A stretch of 64,000 nucleotides of DNA. It comes from a virus (taxonomy: Duplodnaviria; Caudoviricetes). The stretch is taken from IMG/VR virus record IMGVR_UViG_2706794597_000005, positions 1 to 64,000 of that record; one strand, given 5' to 3'. Below, piece after piece: positions 58,287 to 64,000 of the stretch (position 1 is its first letter; every line of letters begins with the position of its first letter). The notes under the pieces are model-generated. The model did no database searches and had not been told where the DNA came from. It saw only the letters and a program-made list of their open reading frames with translations. The translations under genes and the position numbers were made by a program.

Positions 58287-58485
58287 GATTGTCTCCGTTG
58301 GTTGGCATTATCACAGGCACTCGTAAATGCCTGCTGTAATGTCAGTTATCATTTGTTCGCAGCTTTGCCACGCCTTCACAGAGTTGCTCTGCTACTTCTC
58401 GTCTTTCCGAGCCGTCAAGATAGGCCCAGTGAAACAGGCGATCACCTCCATCGAGAGAAGCTATCTATTCCTTGTCGGGGGAAAT

Positions 58486-58947
58486 CTACTTAGCCAGGCA
58501 CACGTTAGTGATATACGCCTGCAAGCCGTTTATTTGGCTTGTGGCAATTCCGATGCGCTCTCTGAGATGGAGATAATCCCGTTGAGCGGACTCAGTAAGT
58601 CGGGCGCTGGCATCATCAGGGACGCTGGCGGGTCCGGTGGTTTTGGACACTGGCTTTGTGCAAGTCGCGTTGAGCTGCAACCGCTTAGCGCCAGAAGCGA
58701 TATCAGCACGAAGGCGCTCGTTTTCAGATTTGGCATCTGCCAACTCCTTTGTGTATTTGATATCAATAGCGGCTACTGCTTGGCGCTGGGTCTCTATCTG
58801 GTCAAGAGTGGCTTGTTGCTGCTTGGCTACTTTGTTTAACTCAGCTACATCACGATTGAGTGATTGCACTCGGTAATGGTAGTAAGTCAGTCCAAACAGT
58901 GAAGCGATAAGCACAGCAACCAGAACGGCGGTTAATTTGCCAGACAT
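58486..58947 (-). CDS. Rz: Rz i-spanin
   Basis: N-terminal TM, D.KYTKELADAK, RDY..LRERI, LQ.YI...C. Confidence 0.93.
   Translation of the reverse strand: MSGKLTAVLVAVLIASLFGLTYYHYRVQSLNRDVAELNKVAKQQQATLDQIETQRQAVAAIDIKYTKELADAKSENERLRADIASGAKRLQLNATCTKPVSKTTGPASVPDDASARLTESAQRDYLHLRERIGIATSQINGLQAYITNVCLAK
58530..58736 (-). CDS. Rz1: Rz1 o-spanin lipoprotein nested in Rz
   Basis: Lipobox LSGC, Pro-rich CPKPPDPPA. Confidence 0.88.
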   Translation of the reverse strand: MPNLKTSAFVLISLLALSGCSSTRLAQSQCPKPPDPPASLMMPAPDLLSPLNGIISISESASELPQAK

Positions 58948-59444
58948 AACGCCTTCTCCTTTTCACGCCGGATGACTAAACCAGGCAATTGCTTCCCGCC
59001 ACCGTACGTCCATCGAGGGAATTGATAACAGGCCTCAGTAAACTTCCCTTCTCGCAGCATTCGATACATCGTTGATTTCTGCATCTGGGGGCAACCCGCG
59101 TTAAATGTGATGGAAGTAACCGCATCGAACTGGCCCTGATTCAGCTTGTTGCCATTGCCAAATTTGTTTACACAACGTTCAGCTTCAATAATATTTTTCT
59201 CCCAGTCTGCGGCGATCTGCTCATCAGACTTTCGGATGCCCTGCTTAACGCCATGAGTATTACCAATGCCATCGGTCAGCACTCCGGCCGGACATACGTA
59301 TGGGTCACGGCGGCATGATTCAGCATTACCAATAAGCTCTAAACCTTTCTCGCTAGTCCTAACCGTTCCGTTAGATACGACGATTGCAATAATAGCTGAT
59401 ACAGCGCAGGCGGTACCGGTAGTGACGCGCTTTAGTGCTGACAT
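58932..59444 (-). CDS. SAR endolysin (GH24 lysozyme)
   Basis: Weakly hydrophobic N-terminal SAR segment; ESCR..PY.CPAGV.T.GIGNT, LPGLV.RR. Confidence 0.92.
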   Translation of the reverse strand: MSALKRVTTGTACAVSAIIAIVVSNGTVRTSEKGLELIGNAESCRRDPYVCPAGVLTDGIGNTHGVKQGIRKSDEQIAADWEKNIIEAERCVNKFGNGNKLNQGQFDAVTSITFNAGCPQMQKSTMYRMLREGKFTEACYQFPRWTYGGGKQLPGLVIRREKEKALCLAN

Positions 59445-59731
59445 TAATCAGCCTCCATTCTCTGCAAAGCCTCATTCACCACAGAGATTGCTTCAGGGTT
59501 AGTCTCGGCTGTCTTATCTTCCAAGAATTCACGAAGCAATTGAGTGCGCTTCTGCTCTTCCTTGAGTTGCGCATCCTTTTCACGCCGGTTCGCGTAATAC
59601 GTTTTTATTGTGAACCAGGCACTAATCAAAGCGCCGACAATAAAAATGTAATCCTGAGTGCTCAAAACAGAGAACGCGGCAAGTGACCCCGTCCACCAAT
59701 ACTGTAATTGGCTTGTGTCGTTCATTTTCAT
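59444..59731 (-). CDS. Holin with Met-Lys-Met dual start
   Basis: ATG AAA ATG after GGAGG; hydrophobic segment, charged C-terminus; precedes endolysin. Confidence 0.8.
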   Translation of the reverse strand: MKMNDTSQLQYWWTGSLAAFSVLSTQDYIFIVGALISAWFTIKTYYANRREKDAQLKEEQKRTQLLREFLEDKTAETNPEAISVVNEALQRMEAD

Positions 59732-59868
59732 GACCCACCTCCCCATCCGGGGAATTATCTTCCCGGCGATTGGTCGGGTTCGTATGCTGTTTTGGGAATA
59801 GCCCTGCCGCCGTTTCCACTTTTCGCTAGAGGGCGTTTGCGGTTGATTGGTGTAGGCGGAGGGCTAAA

Positions 59869-60192
59869 TTATTTAAACGAGGCGTTACGCTTCAACATCT
59901 GCGCAATGCTCATGTCTTGGAACAAAATCTCAATTTCAAGCTTTTCAGCTAAAGCATATTCAGCTCGAGCACCGGCACTAGATTGCCACCCATCGAGCAT
60001 GTAAATAGCATCAGCTCGTTGAAGCATTGCTATGCAAATACACATGTAGTCAGGTTGAGATAATCCGTCAGGGAGAATTGCTGGGCTCAATGTGACGTGA
60101 CCAGATTCTGCTATCTCTTTGGCTGCCGCATTGAATGCAGAGCGATTGAAATCAGGCAAGCCAGTCATGGGGCCAGCGATATAAGTTTTCAT
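59869..60192 (-). CDS. DUF4406 (nucleoside deoxyribosyltransferase-like) protein
   Basis: YIAGPMTG...FN..AF, ML..ADAIYML.GW..S.GA..E. Confidence 0.85.
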   Translation of the reverse strand: MKTYIAGPMTGLPDFNRSAFNAAAKEIAESGHVTLSPAILPDGLSQPDYMCICIAMLQRADAIYMLDGWQSSAGARAEYALAEKLEIEILFQDMSIAQMLKRNASFK

Positions 60193-60376
60193 TGTTCTGG
60201 CTCCGTAAATAAAAAAGGCCCACCGAAGTGAGCCTTAAAAGTTGGTTATGCGTGGAGTTACTTAACGCATAAGAGAAATAGGTTAACGCATTCGGCTGGG
60301 TACTGTTTCACAACGATTGGATTAACCAACCCAGTACCCATGCGAATATCATTTTAATATTTATGATGTATATCAC

Positions 60377-60405
60377 TTGATGCGTAGTCTGTTTTCGATT
60401 ACATT
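60377..60405 (+). promoter_or_regulatory. acr promoter with candidate Aca operator
   Basis: TTGATG-17nt-TACATT; imperfect inverted repeat GTAGTC...GATTAC overlaps spacer and -10. Confidence 0.6.
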
Positions 60406-60437
60406 AATCACATAGACAACGCGACGAGGCAAGCAAA

Positions 60438-60896
60438 ATGAAATTATTCCACGGCTCTTACAGCAACACCGCACCAGTTATCAAAGTAGGACAGTTCGCA
60501 ATGAGCGGTGATAACGTGTTTGATGGTCTGTTTGCTTCTGCTGAAGCAGAAATAGCAGAGTCACATGGTGATTTCATTCACTCTTATGAAGTTGATTCAG
60601 TCGCAACTAACTCAGATTTGAACGCCAGCATTGAAGAAGTGATTTCGTTCTTATCTTCTGAAATCGAAGCCGATGCTGATGAAATTGAATCACTGGCTAA
60701 CGCAATTGCTGATGATGAGTGTGATGATGCTTTTGAACACCTGTTAGCGCCTCGCTCTTGCACTGGCAACGCCTCATGGGAAATGCAGCGGCTGCGTGGT
60801 CGTGTTGCCGCTCACCTCGGTTTCGATGCGGTAGAAATGGATGACGAGCACGGCACTTCATACTTAATCGTAAATCCAGCAATCACGGCGGCTTGA
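60438..60896 (+). CDS. acrIF11: Anti-CRISPR AcrIF11-family ADP-ribosyltransferase
   Basis: LFHGSY, VF.GLF, A.SHG, WEMQRLRG..A..LGF..VEM.DEHGTS match recalled AcrIF11 motifs; acidic; followed by an aca gene. Confidence 0.9.
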   Translation: MKLFHGSYSNTAPVIKVGQFAMSGDNVFDGLFASAEAEIAESHGDFIHSYEVDSVATNSDLNASIEEVISFLSSEIEADADEIESLANAIADDECDDAFEHLLAPRSCTGNASWEMQRLRGRVAAHLGFDAVEMDDEHGTSYLIVNPAITAA

Positions 60897-60897
60897 T

Positions 60898-61068
60898 ATG
60901 GAACTAATCGAATATATCAAACTAAATTTTTCAGCCAATCAATCTGAGTTTGCCCGACACATGGGTGTTGACCGACAAAAAATCCAAGTGTGGATAAAGA
61001 GTGAGTGGATTGTTGTTGGTAATAAGCTTTACGCCCCACGCCGAGAGATTCCTGAAATTGATATGTAG
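60898..61068 (+). CDS. aca5: Anti-CRISPR-associated HTH repressor Aca5 (56 aa, absent from ORF track)
   Basis: My translation MELIEYIKLNFSANQSEFARHMGVDRQKIQVWIKSEWIVVGNKLYAPRREIPEIDM; starts 1 nt after acr stop. Confidence 0.85.
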   Translation: MELIEYIKLNFSANQSEFARHMGVDRQKIQVWIKSEWIVVGNKLYAPRREIPEIDM

Positions 61069-61112
61069 AAATGCAAAAAGCCCAACCGGTTAGGGCTGGG
61101 CCTTGAATACTT

Positions 61113-61199
61113 GCTCGGCTCACTCCCCAACACTGTCATGACATTATGGGGACTACGAAGTTGTCATGACCGGATACCTACTTGCCGAGCGGTGGTATC
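61113..61199. ncRNA. Candidate double-pseudoknot structured RNA in the late leader
   Basis: Four perfect interleaved complementary pairs (6-9 bp) within 87 nt, between two terminator hairpins. Confidence 0.45.
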
Positions 61200-61212
61200 G
61201 TACGCTCTTTAT

Positions 61213-61310
61213 AAAAGCCCCGGCGATTAACCGAGGCTTCAAGTGCGTCAACAATGGACAAATTCCCACTGTTAGAAACTTTAACCCCAACTTTCGGAAA
61301 AGTAAATAGC
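61213..61310 (-). promoter_or_regulatory. Late promoter pR' and terminator tR'
   Basis: Minus strand TTTACT-17nt-TAAAGT just after Q, then hairpin GCCTCGG-TTAATCG-CCGGGGC-TTTT. Confidence 0.6.
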
Positions 61311-61343
61311 TATAGATAAAATAATTAACTATTTTCTAATTCA

Positions 61344-62114
61344 TTATTTGGTTACCTCCTTAAGCACCCTTTCTGCGTTACTTTCCTCGACATCAAGCTG
61401 ATGAATCAATGAGTCATAAAACGGTTTTATCGTCTTATCCCACGTTGCCGCACTAATTAAATCGGTGAATGCACAAATTGCCCTGAATGCGTCTGCTGCC
61501 GGTATTCGCTCATACCCAAGCCCGTTGCAGCGCTTGCAGTCACGTAGAACTGGAACACCTTGTCTCTCCGTTTCTTTTTGGTCAACAGCAACTCGCCTGC
61601 CACGGCAATCACGACACGCCACCGAAAGATGCCCCTTGCCATTACAGTGAGTGCAAATTTCGTCTACAACTTCGACCTTGGTTTTTGCTGGTGTTTTATC
61701 CCCGCAACCAGGGTGCTTGATAACGTTCTTTGCCCCGCTGATAAACTTCTTTCCCTTACATCGCGGACACTCTTCCACCCCAGAGGCGCTGCGGCAATAA
61801 TCCTTATAGGCGAAAGTTGCGAGCTTTTGCACTACCTTCACTTTAATCTTGGTGTCTAGCTTGCGTAAGGCTGCAACCTTGTCGCAATGCTTCATTCCAT
61901 ACTGAGTGAGTAATTGAATTGCACGTTTAACATCATCCTGACTTAGCCCTAGCTTTCCCCAAAAAGCTTTAATGCCAAGCTCCGCCCTCGACTGGCACAT
62001 TCCGAAAGCACCCATATGATCGGTGCCGGTAAGAGTGTCGCCAGTACATCTAGGTGAGTCAGTGAAGGACTGAGTTTTGCAGAAGAAATATTTTGATGCT
62101 GATTCTAAGCTCAT
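61344..62114 (-). CDS. Q: Late antiterminator Q with zinc-finger repeats
   Basis: AY.DYCRSA, CxxCxGxG repeats, W....KPFYD.L; precedes lysis cassette. Confidence 0.9.
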   Translation of the reverse strand: MSLESASKYFFCKTQSFTDSPRCTGDTLTGTDHMGAFGMCQSRAELGIKAFWGKLGLSQDDVKRAIQLLTQYGMKHCDKVAALRKLDTKIKVKVVQKLATFAYKDYCRSASGVEECPRCKGKKFISGAKNVIKHPGCGDKTPAKTKVEVVDEICTHCNGKGHLSVACRDCRGRRVAVDQKETERQGVPVLRDCKRCNGLGYERIPAADAFRAICAFTDLISAATWDKTIKPFYDSLIHQLDVEESNAERVLKEVTK

Positions 62115-62302
62115 TCTGACCTCTTCCTGCCAGTTGTCCCGACCATCAGCCGACCATTAACAATGGCGTGCCGTTCGCCTTTAAAGTCATTGGCGTATTT
62201 CTTTACTGTTGAGCGCTGAGTGTTTAGCTGGACCGCAACAGTTGATTGGTTTCCATAAGCGGAAATTAGTAACTCGGGAATAGTTTTCACATCTGCTTTC
62301 AT
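62111..62302 (-). CDS. ninH: NinH-like protein
   Basis: TIPELL...YGNQ..VA, HAIVNG.LMV. Confidence 0.88.
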   Translation of the reverse strand: MKADVKTIPELLISAYGNQSTVAVQLNTQRSTVKKYANDFKGERHAIVNGRLMVGTTGRKRSE

Positions 62303-62943
62303 GCGGCCTCCTGAAGTTTTTTAAGCGATCGGGTTTTTGCCCTATATTCGTCACGAATGCGGATATAATCATCACGCCGGTAATGATTCATTTCGTGCGG
62401 ACCATCAAGCCAATCAACCAATTCTTGTCCAAACTTCTTTGCCAGCGATTCCCTGTACATCTTCTCAACCGTTGCCGCCTTGCCGCCGTACTTAGCTGAC
62501 CCGGCATTGCACGATTTGCACTGCCGATAGGCATTGCACTCAACGAACCGGAGTTCAGGGAAGCCGCCGACAGTTTTAAAATGACCACAATCCCACTGGC
62601 CACCGTGCAGATCTGGCGGGTTGGTTTCGCCGCAGCTAATGCAGGGCTGGTCGTGGTCGCGGGTTCGGATGTATTCGTTGAAGGCTTGCTGGGCTAACTT
62701 TTTGAAGTGACTATCTGGCTTGAGTTCTAACTTGCGGATTTTTAGGCTTTGCCTTTCGGCTTGGGTTTCCTTTTTTCGTCGCTGTTCATCTTTCTGTATC
62801 GTGTTCTGGCGGGCCTTAACTGCTAACTGCTTTATGTATTCCTCTTTGTGTTTTTCATCGCACCACCACTCATACTGCGTCGCTGGCTTGAACCTCGTTT
62901 TGCATACTTTGCAGTTACGATGGCTCGGTAGCTTGTTTATCAT
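62299..62943 (-). CDS. ninG: NinG/Rap junction endonuclease
   Basis: AFNEYIR.RD, CISCG, DCGHF, ELRF...N...QC..CN. Confidence 0.93.
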   Translation of the reverse strand: MINKLPSHRNCKVCKTRFKPATQYEWWCDEKHKEEYIKQLAVKARQNTIQKDEQRRKKETQAERQSLKIRKLELKPDSHFKKLAQQAFNEYIRTRDHDQPCISCGETNPPDLHGGQWDCGHFKTVGGFPELRFVECNAYRQCKSCNAGSAKYGGKAATVEKMYRESLAKKFGQELVDWLDGPHEMNHYRRDDYIRIRDEYRAKTRSLKKLQEAA

Positions 62944-63064
62944 CGGCTTCCTCCAACATTTCTATTGAAGCGTTTTCCTGATCGCACTTATCACACGAAT
63001 AAACTTCATCGGGCTTTAGCGTTGCGCGGCAGAACGCGCAGACTGAGCGCTGTAGTTCAAGCAT
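62915..63064 (-). CDS. NinF-like small zinc-finger protein
   Basis: My translation MLELQRSVCAFC...L.PDEVYSCDKC. Confidence 0.65.
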   Translation of the reverse strand: MLELQRSVCAFCRATLKPDEVYSCDKCDQENASIEMLEEADDKQATEPS

Positions 63065-63230
63065 TCTTTCTACTCCTGAGTCTTAGCCAGCGTTTAGCTA
63101 ATAACGGATAGATGGCGTCATATGTGGGTATTTCGCTGGCGGGGATTTGTTTGGTTAGCTTGGTTCGGGATGTCTTGCGGAATATCAGGTTATCTATGGC
63201 GATCTGTGTCGGGCTACGTTGTCGGCTCAT
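63057..63230 (-). CDS. ninE: NinE-like protein
   Basis: My translation MSRQRSPTQIAIDNLIF...IP.SEIPTYD. Confidence 0.75.
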   Translation of the reverse strand: MSRQRSPTQIAIDNLIFRKTSRTKLTKQIPASEIPTYDAIYPLLAKRWLRLRSRKNA

Positions 63231-63403
63231 TCATGCCGCCTTCCTGATTTTCTTAGGAAAATCCAATAGGGCCATGTGATGCCAATGCAAAATGCCCTCG
63301 CATACCCCACGACTGTTTCTTTACTGCCTTGAATGTCATGAGCCCATTCAGATACAACTCCAGCCATCCAGAAATATGCTGCGACTAATATCAGAGTAAT
63401 CAT
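63227..63403 (-). CDS. Small hydrophobic nin-region protein
   Basis: MITLILVAAYFWMAG...ITWPYWIF; stop overlaps ninE start. Confidence 0.55.
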   Translation of the reverse strand: MITLILVAAYFWMAGVVSEWAHDIQGSKETVVGYARAFCIGITWPYWIFLRKSGRRHE

Positions 63404-63412
63404 GCTGCCACC

Positions 63413-63862
63413 TCAGAAGTAGCTATAAAGTTGGTTGATAATGTTCTGGTCAGTCGTTCGACCAAACAGGTGTTTTATTGCGGCGTTAACCATCGCGTTG
63501 TAACAGCGTTCGAACTCGTCAGGCTCCATGTTCGCGTAAGCCAAACTCTTTGCTTCCGTCCTGATATCACCATTCAGCCTCATCGTTTGCTCATAGAATC
63601 CCGCCAGAATGGTTAAGTCCTTTCTGAATCGGTCAAATTGAGTGGATTCATCTGCGTTGGCCAGCGCCGTTTTATCAGCAGACCAGTGGGAAAAGCAGAA
63701 ATTGAATAAGGCGAACATTTTTCGGTGAAAGGCGGGGTTGCGAGTTAGCTTAATGTCGGCGGTGTACATCTCGCCGTTTTTGAACTTGGTTAACCTAGGT
63801 AAGTCATGATCGAAGGCTGGTACAAAAACGCCACCGGCATTCTTGACCATTTCGATTTGCAT
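63413..63862 (-). CDS. DUF1367 family nin-region protein
   Basis: RNPAFHRK.FAL, FDRFRK.LTI.AG.Y, KSLAYANM...EF. Confidence 0.85.
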   Translation of the reverse strand: MQIEMVKNAGGVFVPAFDHDLPRLTKFKNGEMYTADIKLTRNPAFHRKMFALFNFCFSHWSADKTALANADESTQFDRFRKDLTILAGFYEQTMRLNGDIRTEAKSLAYANMEPDEFERCYNAMVNAAIKHLFGRTTDQNIINQLYSYF

Positions 63863-64000
63863 TAAAAATCTACCTGCTCGGGTGAGTTAGCCAAATTAGC
63901 CATACGAAGAATATTCCGGAACATATGGCACCTAAGAAATAAAACCACTCACTGGTCATAGTGGCCTCTCCGGCGAGTCAGGTAGTTGTGCCCAATATGT

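Larger units (their letters stand above)
35263..64000. mobile_element. Temperate podovirus prophage (lambdoid nin/Q/lysis plus BPP-1/epsilon15-type virion genes); right end outside window
   Basis: nin-Q-holin-endolysin-Rz-terS-terL-portal-scaffold-capsid-tail tubular A/B-ejection proteins-tailspike on the minus strand. Confidence 0.95.

Noticed and set aside
58327-58839. 170-aa plus-strand ORF
   Set aside because: Antisense shadow of the doubly coding Rz/Rz1 region with no SD or motifs
60917-61123. 68-aa minus-strand ORF in the track
   Set aside because: Antisense to the better supported aca5 gene and spans a terminator
61113-61199. HDV-like or hammerhead ribozyme assignment for the pseudoknot
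   Set aside because: No room for HDV P3/L3 and no CUGANGA/GAAA hammerhead core; kept only as an unassigned structured RNA

Overview
This window holds two temperate prophages of an enterobacterium (probably Yersinia-like; inference), back to back and joined at a 47-bp 3' half of tRNA-Lys(CTT) at 35263-35309. Prophage 1 (1-35309, left end outside the window) is a P2/186-like myovirus with int-cI-apl-cII-fil-B-A, cos, and head, lysis, tail and ogr modules. Its portal gene carries a premature amber codon. It has several accessory slots: a Septu-PtuA-like ABC ATPase directly after int; a LexA-controlled tum, a candidate type I toxin peptide and a PvuRts1I/AbaSI-family 5hmC restriction enzyme before cos; an orphan WHIX-type T6SS muramidase effector with a putative immunity gene after cos; a membrane protein between S and V; and a VqmA-like PAS4-LuxR regulator divergent from a cupin between G and FI. 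Prophage 2 (35263 to beyond 64000) joins a lambdoid nin-Q-lysis region to a BPP-1/epsilon15/T7-type podovirus virion module with a tailspike and an O-acetyltransferase. It carries an acrIF11-aca5 anti-CRISPR operon (aca5 is missing from the ORF track) and a candidate double-pseudoknot RNA after tR'. All family assignments come from recognised motifs and gene order; no database search was run.
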